Source of the DNA: Flaccisagitta enflata
Lineage: Eukaryota
Direction: 5' to 3'
Assembly: GCA_965153355.1 (NCBI GenBank)
Contig: OZ231126.1
Location: forward strand, 43,152,001 to 43,216,000
Length of the DNA: 64,000 nt
Below the pieces are notes generated by a model. The model saw only the letters and a list, made by a program, of their open reading frames with translations. It was not told the DNA's origin and searched no databases. Below, in pieces: positions 1 through 16,039 of the stretch (the first letter of the stretch is position 1; every line of letters starts with the position of its first letter). The translations under genes and the position numbers were made by a program.

Positions 1-654
1 ACCAAACCCAACTAAATCAGCCATACATCACCAAACCCAACTAAATCACCAAACCTAACTAAATGAGCAACTCGTAATTCACTTCATTTCTCAAGTAGTG
101 AATGAATGAGTTGCCTGGATACAGGAATGAACCAGTGAGTGGCGAGATGTTCTATCACCGGTCCAACATTTTTTTTCACCTGTAACACTCACAGTTTAAC
201 CATGAACAAGTGACGCGGGGTCACAATATCGTTGCGGATGGGTGGGAAGGGGCATCCAACCCCCATCCACACCCCAACCCCAACCCATCCCCAACACTCA
301 AATATACACAAAAAGTATCCAAAACGCTTGTTTTCCCGCATTTCAACTCGATGACCCCCGACCGACAGATCGACGGACCGATGGACGGATGGACAAAGCC
401 TCTTATAGAGTTGCATGTCCGCAACTAAAAACATACCAACTGTATTTGCCAAGATCTATGACAATGAAGAGACGGCAAAATATCGTCAGCCTTCGATAAG
501 ACGAAACCGAGAACAAAAATGATTCATAAATCAGAAACGTGACAAACAAAACGAGAATCTGAGGCGCATTCAAATTTCAATGGAAGTCGGAAAACATGAA
601 GGAGTTCGTAAGTTGAATGTCGAGACTCGTAATGTTGTCAACAAAAACAAACCA

Positions 655-767
<113 letters not shown>

Positions 768-1319
768 CACCAGTCACGGATTTTTTTCAAGCCCTCTGAA
801 TATCGATATCCAAATATACGTATAATCTCAATGTCCACGCCTCCTCCTGAGTCCCGACTATTAAGCGTTTCATGGTCAGCGGTACCCGATGCCCATATTT
901 GAGTGTATGTGGGAGTGAGATGATGAGAGGGGCAGCGCGGGGGCCTCGGAGAGACCGATGACCTATGATTCCACACTGGACGCATAGGGTCTTGAAAACC
1001 AGATTTGATGACCAAAGAGCCTTATAGGAGGTCGGAGATGCCTTATTTGAGGTCTTGGAGACCTAATTTGAGGCAAGAGTGGAGTGATTGCAGCCTGGCA
1101 GGAACTTGGATAATTGCAGGGTTAGAGAAACTGATTTGGGGGCGTTTGGGTCTAATTTCGGGTTCGATATGCATAATTTGAGGTCTGATATGCCAAACTT
1201 GGAGTCTGAGAGACCTAATTTGGGGTCTGAGAGACCTAATTCGGGGTCAAATAGCCCAGTTTAAGGCTTTGGCGGGGCGGGAGGTGGACAATTGGACAGA
1301 CGGACATATATGGACTGAC

Positions 1320-1351
1320 GGATAGACAGACAGATGGACAAACAGACGATG

Positions 1352-1427
<76 letters not shown>

Positions 1428-1430
1428 GGC

Positions 1431-1477
<47 letters not shown>

Positions 1478-1478
1478 A

Positions 1479-1510
<32 letters not shown>

Positions 1511-1600
1511 CGACAGACAGACAGACAGACAGCCACAGACAGACTGACAGACAGACAGACTGACGGACAGACAGACGGACAGACAGACGGACAGATGGAC
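1320..1600. repeat. (CAGA)n/(GACG)n tetranucleotide array inside a family-B HINE-like element
   Basis: Visible tandem acag/acgg units. Confidence 0.9.
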
Positions 1601-2109
1601 GGAAAATGGGAACTGAAGAAAATTTCCCTATGTGGAATCATAGGTCATTAGCACCTCTGCTCTGGCGCCGCTGCTCAAAAACGAAAAATAGAGGAGAAGG
1701 ATTCATGGTAAATAATTGACATTCCGGGGGGGTAAAGGGAAATGGTGGTAAGTGGGTGGTAAAGGAGTGGTAACTAGAATGTGGTGGTAAGGGAAAATGG
1801 TGGCGCCTTGGAAGGTTATTGAGGCCGAGTATAGAAGGGAAAATTGGGCTTCCACAAGTGATATGCGCGAGGTCGATAGCGACTATCGAGTGAATAGGCT
1901 CCAGCAAGACCATTAGCCGACGAGGAAGACCACATATATGTATGTGTGTGCCCATATAGAAGGCAAGTTTGGTGGTGCCCATGGAATGCTTTTTATCGAA
2001 GTTTGGAACCAAGATCTACATGGAAGAAATTGCTGGGCGTCAAACTCCTTTAGAATTTTGGATGATGGATGCCGATTAACGCTGAGAAGAAAGAGAGGAA
2101 GAAAGAAAA

Positions 2110-2168
<59 letters not shown>

Positions 2169-2619
2169 GCGGGTGGATGGGTACGGGCGTCCAATAGGGC
2201 GGTCGGGAACTGGGTCAAATTTCAAAAATCTATATACTCATGTTTTACGCATATATGTGCAAATAAAGAAGGTTCTCCCACAAGCGGGGGTCTGTGTGAG
2301 GATAGGAAACCTTGTCGGCAAAAGACTGGCCTACACCAGTAGAGATAGAAAGCTGCCATCTTTTTTTTCATTAAAAAGCAATACACAAGAGTTCGCAACT
2401 CACTCATAGCTGTCTTTCAACTAAGATGCCACGTTGCATCTTAATGAAATAGTCACCTTGTCTGTTCATCTATCTGTGTGGTCATCCATCCATCCATATT
2501 TCTATCTGCCAATCCGTCCACCCATTTATCCTCCATATCAGTCTGTTGGTCTTTTTAGCATCTTCTAAACTCATTTAGATCGTCCAATTAGGCTTGGCTC
2601 TCGTCTCTACATTTCTTTG

Positions 2620-2794
<175 letters not shown>

Positions 2795-3605
2795 CCCTAA
2801 CAGCTCCAATCATGCGTCGGATTGAGATCGGCCGAATAGGTGGAATGACTTCGTTTTCAAATTCAAAAAGGACTCCCCCCAGCTTAAACGAATATCGCAT
2901 CAAACAAAAGTTATACGGTTTTTGGGCTTGACTGGCTACAGGACCAAAACATGTTCTAAGTGACTGGTACAAGAAATGATTCCCAGGGGAGGCGTGCAGG
3001 CCAAAAAGGATCATATGATATTTAATAATAAAAATGCGTATTATAAATTTTCAGGGGCGATAATAAAAAAGGCTATCCATGCACTTGGGCAAGAGAAGTA
3101 ATGTAATAACCAAAATAAATTGATGGACAGTCCAACTGACAAACGCACCCACCGACGGACAAATAAAGCGGGTTGTAAAATCACTACTAAAGATATTTAT
3201 GTGAAAAAATATTACTTAATTTTATTAGATATAATTTAAGTTTTTTTGATCTTGGTTAGGAAACATGCGTCCCTCCCCTGGAATGACCCACTTCCAAGTC
3301 ACTTCAAAACCATTCACCAGTCAGTTGGCAAAGTATTCAGTCAGACACAAATAAGCGCCTGACGTCCCAGCTTGTTATCCTGCCCAGGGCCGGCAAGAGG
3401 GGAGGTCAACCTCACCATAGAAAGGGGGCCTGGACCCTTGGGGGGGCCTAGGAAAGCCCCTAAGGTAAAAAAAAGAAAGGAGAAAAAAAAAAAAAAACTG
3501 GACCGCATTTACGCCAGTTTATGATTGAAGTCACAATTCCCAACTATTCTAGAAATATAGTGAATTTTACTTTTTCAACATGGATAATAAAGAAACGTAT
3601 ATTTA

Positions 3606-3992
3606 CAGTACGATGTGAGCAATGACGACCTAGACTGGAGGATAGATTTAAGGTATCTTAACTTTATTTTTAATGAATAAAAGTTATGCAAATTAATATT
3701 TTAGTAAAATTTAAAATGCTCATAAAACCTGTAAAAATAGACCGATTGAGCTGATTTTTTTTCTTCAAAACCATGTAAAATTTTTCACCCGATCCAATGA
3801 GATAGGTTAAAACTTGGAAAATGAAGTCTTGATGAGGTCAAGTTGCAAGTTGAAGTTTGAGAGACACAAACATTTTCACTCAATAGAGCAACCTTAAATT
3901 AGCTTAGATCTCAAATATTCTATAATAAAGATAAAATTAAGATACCTAGAATCTATCTTCAAGTCTAGGTCGTTATTGCTCCCATCGTACTG
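3606..3992. mobile_element. Tc1/mariner-type MITE
   Basis: TIRs CAGTACGATGTGAGCAATGACGACCTAGACT... and ...AGTCTAGGTCGTTATTGCTCCCATCGTACTG, flanked by TA at 3604-3605 and 3993-3994. Confidence 0.85.
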
Positions 3993-4089
3993 TATCAATT
4001 TAGAAAACACATTTAAAAGACAGTTTAAATCCTTTAAAAAAGAATATTAAATGAATCAATCCCAGGGTTGTATCTTTAATAATTTAGAA

Positions 4090-4470
4090 GCTAGAGCTGC
4101 TTCTCTCCTGTTTGGGAAGTCAAAACTGGAGATGTGCGCAAGCAGTTAGGCGCTTCATCGAAGCAAGATTCAATTTACAAAGAGGGGCATGGGAAGAGAA
4201 AATAATAAATCTTCGAGGTCTTAAAAGCAGTCTACAATGCGGTGGACATTGAATATGTAGATATGTAGGCAGACCCTATCTCATCTCCTCCTTTTCTTCA
4301 AAAGCACTCAGACAAGATTTGGAACAATCCATCAAAACGCCTCTTGATATTAAAATTCCAAGCAACACTCGGCATGTAGAGCGTTTCCCCAACTTATGGC
4401 AAAAAATGCAACCAACCAGAGCAGCAGCATCGAAATTGCGTAATGGCCTTTGCAAGGCAAGGCAACCATA
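4090..4470 (+). pseudogene. Fragmented transposase C-terminal region
   Basis: Broken-frame peptides AVRRFIEAR, PISSPP, KIPSNTRHVERF and KLRNG resemble a C-terminal P-x-[HN]-T-x-x-V-E-R transposase motif (recalled, not searched). Lies inside the hAT-like TIRs; has stops and frameshifts. Confidence 0.5.
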
Positions 4471-6032
4471 CAACATCGCCAAAATAGTCCTCAGTTTGAG
4501 AGAAAATCTGATTTTGAGGGATAATTTGTATTGAAATATTTAGTATTGGCTGTTCCTTATTTTTAGTCGCGTGCACGCATCTCTACAACCCACTTTGTTG
4601 GTACGTCGGTCGGTCGGCTGGTCAGTTGGTTGCACTTTACATTTTTAATGATTTTATTTCTTTGACCTCACTGCTCCTGCCCAAATGGTCTGGTGACCTC
4701 AAATATGGCCACTGCCCACCCGCACGCAACTTAGGTAGCCGTGTATCCGACCTTTTTGAATTCTGTTATGGAATAGTTTGAATTATGTTTATGAAGAATT
4801 GGCGAAAAAAAGCAAGCATTTATAAATGAATGGGTGAATGATGAATGAACCAATGAATAAAGGTATGAACAAATCAATGAATGAACAAGGGAATGAAATA
4901 AGGAATAAAGATGAATAACTGAATTTGGTTCAGATATGGTCAATAAAAATATCTCTTGCGGTCATGTATGTGATTGCAGTTTATTATGGCCGAATGAATG
5001 AATGAATGAATGAATGAATGAATGAATGAATGAATGAATGAACGAATAAATGTATGAATGAAAGAACAAATGAACAAATAAATGAACACATAGATGAAAC
5101 AATGAGTTAGAATGTTTGAGTGAACCAATGAATTCATAGAAGGAATGAATAAACAAATGAATGAATGAATAAATGAATGAATGAATAAATGAATGAATGG
5201 AAAATAAATGTTAAAGTGAATGAACGAAGTGTAATTTTACCGAGTTTTGAAGCAAGACTGGCAGCAGGTTTAAATAATTGCTAAGGACATGCCAAATATT
5301 GCGGGAAAAAGAAACATCTTTTTTTCTTCATGGAAATGGTGGGCTAGATTTTGCCGACAAGGTTTCCTATCTTCACACAGACCCCCGCTTGTGGGAAAAC
5401 CTTCTTTTTTTGCATAAATATGCGTAAGACATGAGTATATCGATTTTTGAAATTTGACCCCATCCCCGACCGCCCTAGCGTCCAACCCCCATACCTTCCC
5501 TAACCCTCAACCCACACATGAACATACACAAAAAGTATCTAAAACGCTCTTTTTCCACTTTTCAACTCGGTGACACCCAGACCAATGTACGGACTGAGGA
5601 CCAACGGACATACAGAGCCCCTTATAGAGTTGCATGCCCTGGGACTTGTCATGTCCACATGCCCGCAACTAAGAAAACGGAGACAGACAGACATATTGGG
5701 AAGGATTTCACAGACTGAGATAACGAGCGAAAAAAAGAGCGACAGAAACACACAATTCACAAATACGAAGAGGCAAAATCCCTGATTTTAGATCTAAAGC
5801 TGGATATTAGGCCACGGGGTTAAAATTTGAATCAAACGGCTAAAATTCGGGCGGTTTTTGCATTACTGCTCCTGCCCAACTGCTTGGATAGCCTTTTTCG
5901 GAAAAAAATTTCGAAGACGATACTGATCTTTTGTTTTTATCAGGTTTTCCCGTTTGGGCGAAGCTTTAATTCGAGTAGATTCGGGTTGAAATATATTTAA
6001 CACAGCTCTCACCTTGCCCTAACGCTAGCTCT

Positions 6033-6100
6033 GACCCTAACCCTAACCCTTAAACCACCCCCAACCCCAACCTTAACCCTAACCCTACCCCTAACCCTAA
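6033..6100. repeat. Degenerate (CCCTAA)n telomere-like tract
   Basis: accctaaccctaaccct...ccttaaccctaaccctacccctaaccctaa, bracketed by a weak inverted repeat (about 5910-5938 and 6126-6152). Confidence 0.7.
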
Positions 6101-6256
6101 ATAAAAACCCGCTTAGAAAGTCAGTAAAACAAAAGACATCACCGAATTCGAAAACAGTACCCCTTTTTCATCATTGCCCCTGCCCATCCGCGCGCGACTT
6201 GGTGTATCCGGCCTTGTTTCTTTTTCTGATATAATCATCTACGTGTTGATATATTT

Positions 6257-6466
6257 CTACCAATAAAGGCGGCTCTCGCCGGCCGGAAAAAAGTCGTAAA
6301 TGGGTGTTTTTTTTTTTCATTGCATCTTCTTCTGTGTGCATCTCATGATGTTTGGTTGACTGCCTGCCTGTTTTTGTCATTCAATCTGTCTCTCTGCGTC
6401 TCTTTTTTGGTCTTCCTTTGTCTATGAGTGAGCGCGTGTGTCACCCTCTTTTTCTCTTTTTCTCTC

Positions 6467-6543
<77 letters not shown>

Positions 6544-6612
6544 CCCCCTCTTTCCCTCCCTCCCCCTCTTGCCCTCTCTCCCCCCTTTTCTCTCTCTCTC
6601 CCCCTCTCTCTC

Positions 6613-6699
<87 letters not shown>

Positions 6700-6759
6700 A
6701 TGTGTGTGTGGGGGGGAGTGTGAGTCTCTCTCCCTTTCTATTTTCTTTCTTTCTCTCTC

Positions 6760-6839
<80 letters not shown>

Positions 6840-7215
6840 AAGCAGAATAAAATGCAAAAGCTAGCGTCATAAAACTCAGGGTTAATTTGTGTAATATCCA
6901 GACTCATCTGTATTGTTACATAGAGGCCGAAAAATAGGATCAATGAAAAATCTCGATTTTTGCAAAAATGCGAAAAAATATAAAAAGATTAAAAAATTCA
7001 TAGCGCCAAAACGAATGATCGTAGAGACTTCTGGTTGGCGCCATTTGAAAGAGAAAAATAAGCTCTTTCTTAGCCATGAATATCAAAAAATGTATCATCT
7101 CAGTCAGGAAATGGCTCAACTTCCTCAAGTGCCTCAAATCAAAAATGGAAAACCCGATTTTTCCCCTACGTTTCAAAAAGTCGAATTACGTAATTCGACT
7201 TTTTTCCAACCAATA
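6257..7215 (+). mobile_element. Unclassified dispersed repeat with an internal (CT)n tract, copy 1
   Basis: Shares both unique arms with 9703-10735 (accaataaaggcggct...ggaaaaaagtcgtaaatggg and aagctagcgtcataaaa...gtagagacttctggttggcgccatttgaaagag). Confidence 0.8.
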
Positions 7216-8270
7216 TCGTTTTAAAAGAATTCTCCCCTTCCTTTCTTTCTGTAGTGCCAAAAGAAGTTTTTCCTGTTCATTTGTCAAAGTCAAAATACAA
7301 CTTATGCACGCGAGTCTATCTCTCATCTACGTATATGAAATTTTTTTTATCTGTGTTTGGGCAGGCGTCCAAGGTTTCTTGTAGTGCTTCTTTGTTTTTT
7401 TTTTTTTAGCTGCTGGCTAAGCGACTCTATAAGAGGGTGTGTCCTTTGGAACCCCTTGGGAACGCGCGAAATTTTGGATGACGCAAAATTACCTTGTCAA
7501 ATTTCAGCCCCCGCCCTGCCCACCCTCATCACTGCCCCTGCCCATCTGCCAACGACCACTTATAGGCCATGTTTCCGGCCTTGATTAGATATGTCCTTGC
7601 ATCTCTTAAAGACTTGATTCTCTTTAAGAAATTCAATTCACCATATTTGAGTCTCTTTCATCCAAAATTTCATTCATTCATTCGTTTGTTCATTCATTCA
7701 TTCATTCATTCATTCATTCATTCATTCATTCATTCAGTCAGTCAGTCAGTCATTCAGTCAGTCAGTCATTCAATCATTCCTTTATTCTTTCATATCGTCA
7801 TTCATTCATTCATTCAGTCATTCATTCATTCATTCATTCATTCATTCATTCATTCATTCATTCATTCATTCATTCATTCATTTGAAAACGACATTTAACC
7901 CTAAACAGCCTTCATTCATAGATGAAGCATCTTTAGCCTACTTGGCCTTGTGTTTCTTCCTCTTCCTCTTTTGATTGTGCGCCGTCTAAACATTTCCGGT
8001 AACCGTTCCTTCCTGCGTCCAACTCTCGTCACCTTAGTGTCAACTTTGCATCACGTTTTTGTCAAGATGATAAAAGAGCACCGAGTTTTCTACATTCGCA
8101 TCGCATTTCATCTTTGACGGCGTTTTCTCCCAGTTGTTTAATACGAGACTCTACCAGTATCCTTATCTGTCTGTCCGTCTGTTGGTCGGTTTTCCAATCT
8201 GTCTTACCATCTATCCCACCAGCCATTTTTAAACCTGTCTGTCTGTTTGTCCATCTGTCCCATCTGTTTT

Positions 8271-8680
8271 AGTCGCGTGCACGCGACTCTACAACCCGCT
8301 TTGTCCGTCGGTCGGTTGGTCGGTTGGTCGGTTGGTCGGTTGGTCGGTTGGTCGGTTGGTCAGTCACACTCTACTTTTTTTATTACTTTTATTACTTTAA
8401 GTCATTTTTAGTCATTCTAACTAATTTTAAGGCATTCTAAGTCATTCTAAGTCATTCTAAGTCATTCTAAGTCATTCTAAGTCATTCTAAGTCATTATAA
8501 GTCATTTAAAGTCATTCTAAGTCATTTTTGGTCATTAGGTCATGTTGTCATTTTAAGTCCTTTTTGGTCATTTTAAGGCACTTTGAGTCATTTTTAGTCA
8601 TTCAAAGTCATTTCAAGTCATTCTAAGACATTTTAAGTCTGTAAGTCTAGCACGCGACTTATAGGTGTTGGCCTTGTTTT
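8271..8680 (+). mobile_element. Helentron-associated (HINE/DINE-1-like) element, family A
   Basis: 5' palindrome AGTCGCGTGCACGCGACT after a T-run, then (GGTT/GGTC)n, an internal (GTCATTCTAA)n array, the 3' subterminal repeat CACGCGACT, and an end in GGCCTTGTTTT. Confidence 0.75.
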
Positions 8681-9672
8681 TTCATCTTTCAACCTGATTA
8701 TCGCAGGACTAAAAGATTTTGTATATGTATTTTCTTTTTCATTTTTGTAATACATTCTTATTTTTAGACATTATTCATTAAAAACTTCCCATGCATGCGA
8801 CATTGGTCTGACAGCCTTTTTCTCTTTCCTATCTTATACTATTTCTTGTCGTGCGCGGGTTGCCAAAATTTAGCGCTACAAGTTGAATGTTTGTGACGTG
8901 TATGTATCGTTACTTTCACAATCTTGTATACTCAATTCTTTTACCTCATGTTTGTGTATCATATTTTCACATTTTCTTTTTTGTTTTTCATTTTTTTTAT
9001 TATCACCGGCTAGATCTTTACTTGTCTTGCTTTTTCTTTCCCATATCTTTTCTTCATATCCTTAAGATATACAAAACAAAGCAATGGCCATTTGTCTTCA
9101 TCGATCTAGTTCTATTCTTTATACCCTTAATATATACAAAGCAAAAACATTTCTTTTACTTTTCAGTGATGTCTTAGACTCCGCCTTTTCGGCCAGATAC
9201 TCTCCCATTCTCCCTCCATTCATTTACGGGAATCCATCTTCTGCGTATTTGGCTCTCGACTTTTCCATTTGGTTTGTTGGGGTACTCGGCGGTCCGTCCG
9301 TCCGTTCATCCTATATAGTTTCCAACCCCTCTTCAGGGAGGGCTTGGTGTTTGTTTCATTATATCCTTTTGTTGATCAAATCATCCATTCATATATTTCA
9401 AGAATCAGGCACCTTTGTTCAGTTGTGCGAGGCTGGGGCAGTGCAGGGTGGGAGAGGGAAGATATATCCTCCAATATCAGTGAGGCTAAGTTCGAATTCC
9501 TGACCATTTAAAATGATGCATGGTTAGATTCAGTCGTATGACACAATAAGCGTCGCTCAAAAAGTGATGATTTCAAATAGGGTAAAATGTATTACCAATA
9601 TACTATGAGACATACCAACAAACAAAACATGTGGAGTTGCTATCATGGGACAAACTTAGAACATTCAACAAG

Positions 9673-11014
<1,342 letters not shown>

Positions 11015-12098
11015 CAAGGGACATAAAAAAAAGATAAATTGCTTGTTCCATCACTATTCTGAACTCCCTCCAACATCCTCGCGCATGTTCCTGTTGATGA
11101 ATAGACAAAATGGAGTCCTATTTTAGGAGACACTCACTGCGATATGACCATGAGATGGATTACATCCAGGCTTACATCCGGGCTCGCAGACAGAATTACG
11201 CAAGGATCCGATATATTGGTTTATATCCTTATGTATTGGAATTGGATGAAGAGGAAAAAAATGAGTGAGCAGCCAAAGTGAGCACCGCTCGAGATGGTGC
11301 AAAAAATACGACGCGAACTGTGAGGCGGCAGTTTGAGGAGAGAGACACACAACGCCATTGACAGAGACAAAATGATTGAGAGACAAAGACAGAGGAGATA
11401 GTAGAGAGGTGAAAAATACAGACTCTGGGACGGGTGAGTGAGGAGAAAGACGCACGAAGTTAGTGACAGAGACAGCGACAAAGATCAAAATAGAGGAAAT
11501 AGGGACAGAAAAGATAGAATAGAGTGAGGAATGAGACTGAAGTTAGTGACAGAGACAGTGACAGAGATCAAAATACAAGAAACAGGGACAGAAGAGATAG
11601 TAAAGAGGAGCAAAATAAACAGGCCTTAAGGTGGCTGATTGAGGAATGAGAAAGAGGGATAACGAAAAAAACTTGAGAAAATGTAACAGAAGAGGTAGAG
11701 GGGGAGAGTGAGAAGCTCGATGGTTAGGGGTTAACGGAGGTAGGAGGAAGTCTGAAAGGTGAGGAGACAGTCCAGTAGGAAAGACAACAAGCAAAAGAAA
11801 AGGAAGATATAACAGAGGAGACCTTTCTCGTACTCGTAACATGTTTGTTCGATATATTTTCTCATATATCTGATGATCTCGATTATGTTGATAATATTTC
11901 CTTTTCTGGAAAACGGATTTAGAAGAAAGTATATCATTCGCAAATTACAAAATCCTCTTTGACTGAAACGGAGAGGAGAAAGGATTTAGAGGATAAAAGT
12001 GCCTCTTGCTATTCTTGAGATGGGGAAATACTGAAATCGTAGTTCAAAGGGTGGAAGCTTGGACCGAGCATTATTCAATTTGTCACAAGAGTAGAACT

Positions 12099-12164
<66 letters not shown>

Positions 12165-12911
12165 CAGAGAGAGACAGAGAGAGACAGAGAGAGACAGAGA
12201 GAGACAGAGAGAGACAGAGACAGAGACAGAGACAGACAGTTAGACAGTTAGTCAGATAGACAGACAAAGACAGACAGAGACAGACAGAGACAGACAGAAA
12301 CAAACAAACAGACAGACAGATTGCGTCGGAGACGGGATAAAGAGAAGTAGAATTGGACACAGAGACAAAAATAGGCAAAGAGGAATGCTGAAAGACTGTC
12401 CGTATAACTGAGAGAAGGATAGCCAGACAAAAAGTCAGCAGAACCAACAGACAGATAGACAGACAGACAGAAACAGACAGATAGACAGACAGACAGAAAA
12501 AGAAATAGTGCAGTCGTGGATGGATAAAAGGGGCGAAAAGGAGGCAGACAGACACAATGGACGACAAAAGAATAACAAATATTCCTGCAAATTGGGTGAC
12601 AGGATAGAAGAAGCGTTATGGCGGTGGACAGTAAAGGTACAGACAGTTTCAGAGCTAGACAGTCGAGGTACAGACGGTTTCGAGTCGATTCTGTGAAAGA
12701 AAAAAAGAGCACACATGTGAATTAGAGGGGGAAAGGGGGAGGAATAGTAACGCTTCTGTGGGAGTGTCAAGGCATATTTGAAAGTCATTATGAAAGGGAA
12801 TGGGAAGAAAGAAAAAGAAAGGGGAGAAAATACAATGAAGGTTACTCACTAGTCACTACCTTTAGTCTGAAAAGGTGCGACAAATGTCCGAAAAAATTGT
12901 AGTACATCGTC

Positions 12912-12974
<63 letters not shown>

Positions 12975-13253
12975 GACAGTCAGAGACTGAAAGAGATGCA
13001 CTGAGAAAACAAAGACACAGATGATTACGATGAGTGTTCTATATCACGTTGTTCCTAAAACTTATCCATGTTCGCTCCCTTGATATCCGTTATTGCAGGG
13101 TTCATATGTATTATCTAATTACGTTTAAGGAAATTGGAAAGTTTTGAAGAATATGAAACAAAGCAGCTTACCATGGAACTGAACTGAAGTATCAACAAAT
13201 TGTACCTCTTTTGGGGATGCGATAACCCACGACGCACGACGTGAGCGACTCTG

Positions 13254-13256
<3 letters not shown>

Positions 13257-13351
<95 letters not shown>
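13257..13351. repeat. (GCGT)n microsatellite
   Basis: Direct reading. Confidence 0.97.
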
Positions 13352-13615
13352 TTCTTGAGTGCTTGTGTGCGTGCTTTTGCGTTTGCGAGTGCGTCGTATA
13401 GATATAATGAATAATGAAGAAGAGAAAATTCGTAACTTTGAAGGTAGGCAACAAAAAAAGTGGAAGAAAATTGAAAGCGAGTTAAAAATGGAAACGGAAA
13501 AATGGGGAAACGAGTGACAAGAAGACGGGAGAAAAAAATCAACAAACAAAAACAAAAACACGAAGACGAAGAGAAAATTACAACAATGGAGAAGACGACG
13601 ACGACGACAACGACA

Positions 13616-13653
<38 letters not shown>

Positions 13654-13782
13654 AAAGACGACGACGACGAAGCAACCGAAGACAAAGACGACTAAGTAGA
13701 CGATTGCTCGAATGAATTCTCTCATTGGTATCTCAATATCGATGTTTACATTCTTAAATTTTGAAGGATAAGAATTTTAAAA

Positions 13783-14189
13783 AACAAGGCCGGATACACG
13801 GCTACCCCAGTCGCGTGCGGGTGGGCAGGGACCATATTTGAGGTCACTTCATCATTTGGGCAGGAGCAGTGAGGCCAAAGACTGGGAAAACCCCAAAAAA
13901 GTAAAGTGTGATGGATGGACCAACGGACCAACGGACCAACGGACCAACGAACCAACAAAGCGGGGTGTAGAGTCGCGTAGCACGCAACTAAAAAGAAAAC
14001 AAGGCCGGATACACGGCTACCGAAGTCGCTTGCGGGTGGGCAGGGGCCATACTTGAGGTCACCAGATCATTTGGGCAGGAGCAGTGAAGTCAAAGAAATA
14101 TAATCATAAAAAAAAGTAAAATGTGACCGACGGACCGACCAACCGACCGACGGACAAAGCGGGTTGTAGAGTCGCGTGCACGCGACTAA
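13783..14189 (-). mobile_element. Two tandem family-A HINE-like copies
   Basis: Each runs aacaaggccggatacacggc...gggtgggcagg...(gacc/gacg)n...gagtcgcgt..cacgc[ag]actaa. Further copies lie at about 203-430, 4565-4755, 16231-16587, 21681-21841, 26991-27128, 40845-41050, 41525-41731, 41820-41950 and 46487-46643. Confidence 0.8.
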
Positions 14190-14191
14190 TA

Positions 14192-14765
14192 CAGTAGATG
14201 TCGTCTAGACTTGGAAATACGGGGGAATTCATAACAGGAAGACAAATAAACTTTAGACAGTGATATTTAGAATATAGACTAATAAAAGGATGCTTTATTG
14301 CCTATGGGTGTTGGTTGCCATGGAAACACATTTTCATGTATTTATGCTAAAGTATCAATATTTTGAGAAATTTTATGAAGGAACATTGTTTAAAATGAAA
14401 TTTGCTACAACTTTCCCACAATATGTTCTGTAAGAATATTGCTCGTTTAGCCGTTGCTAAGGAGCGTAACTATGTGTGACAGCCCTGTGATGCTCCCTAG
14501 CAACCGCCAAACGAGCGATATTCTTACAGAACATACTGTGGGAAAGTTGTAGCAAATTTGATTTAAAATAATGTTCCCTCATAAAATTTCTCAAAATATT
14601 GATACTTTAGCATTGATACATGGAAATGTGTTTCCATGGCAACCAACATCCATGGAGAATAAAGCATCCTTTTAATAGTTTATATTCCAAATATCACTGT
14701 CTTAAGTTTATTTGTCTTCCTGTTATGAATTCCCCCGTATTTCCAAGTCTAGACGACATCTACTG
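14192..14765. mobile_element. Foldback Tc1/mariner(pogo)-type MITE, nearly fully palindromic
   Basis: CAGTAGATGTCGTCTAGACTTGGAAATACGGGGGAATTCATAACAGG... is mirrored at the right end. TA at 14190-14191 and 14766-14767; arms about 275 bp. Confidence 0.92.
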
Positions 14766-15289
14766 TAACTTTTTGGTTGCCTTTATCTCTCTTCATCACA
14801 TTTGTAATTCTCTCTTTCTTCTAATAAGCACCCCGAGCGAAATTATGATTTGACATTTCATTTTAGCCCCCTAAATAGCATTTCCTCAACCACTTTTGAC
14901 CGTTTTTTTTCAAAAGAAATAAAGAAATATTGCAGTAAGTGAAGAGGAAAGGAAGATTTAGAAATGCATTAACTATCCTCAAATTTTAATCTTTTTAGTT
15001 TTCTCTATTTTCTGTGATGAAAATGCTAATGTAGTTAGGGAGGGGGCGCTCATTAGGAGAAATACGGTATTAACGACAAAAAGGTGTTATTTACATAGCG
15101 GGCATGTGTATAATGAGACTGAAACTACTAAACCTTTTGCTCTAGTCAGGTTTCTTGCATTTTAATTTGCTTTTACCCTTTTTTTTTCTGCTGCTTCTGC
15201 TCCATTAATTCTTCCTTCCCTTCGCACTGGTGAATCTTTCAGCTGCGTGGCATCGTTCATTTCCCCGGGACTCTGACTCTCTCTCTCTC

Positions 15290-15378
<89 letters not shown>

Positions 15379-16039
15379 GGGCAGCGGCTCCAAAGGGGAC
15401 AAAGTCCTGTAGAACACAGGGGGACTTGTGTTCGTCTGTTTGTTCATTCGTTCATTTGTTTATTTGTCCATCAATTTGTCCCCCCCGCCCCCTCATCAGG
15501 CCCTTCAGGCCTCTAATCTGGCATCAAATGAAGCCTCTCAGGCTTCAAATCCAGCCTCACAGGCCTCAAATCTGGCCTCTCAGGCCTCAAGTCCAACCTC
15601 TCAGGCCTAAAACCTGGCCTCTCAGGCCTCAAAGTAGGCTTCTTAGGCCTCAAATCCAAATTCTCAGGCCTCAAATAAGGCCTCTCAGGCCTCAAATCAG
15701 CTATCTAAGCCTCAATTTATTGCTCTCAGTCCTCTTGACCTTTCAAGCCTTGATCCAGCTCTCTCAAGCCTCAAGTCAGCCCTCTCAAGCTTCCCATTGG
15801 CATTCTCAGGCCTTGTATCAACCTTCTTAGACCTCAGTTTAGGCTTTTGAAGGCCTTCAGTCAGCCTTCTATAGCATCTCATCCACTTCTTAAGGCAGGA
15901 CGAACAAAAGTCCCTCTGTGTTCTACATGACTTCGTCCCCTTTGGGGCCGCTGCCCTGCTTCCCCTCACTCCAATTAACCATCACTCAAAGCAGGGCAAC
16001 GGGTATCGCTGACCACATATTGCCCTTGGGCGACCTGTT
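15379..16039 (+). mobile_element. HINE-like family B with an internal ~21-bp tandem repeat (CTCTCAGGCCTCAAATC...)
   Basis: 5' GGGCAGCGGCTCCAAAGGGG, internal inverted copy CCCCTTTGGGGCCGCTGCCC (15937-15956), 3' hairpin GCCC-TT-GGGC. Related copies at about 880-1680(-), 16588-17495(-), 44280-45520, 49600-50240, 51325-51555(-) and 52630-53230. Confidence 0.7.

Noticed and set aside
11360-11620. Degenerate ~80-bp purine-rich tandem units
   Set aside because: Low-complexity local duplication with no further structure.
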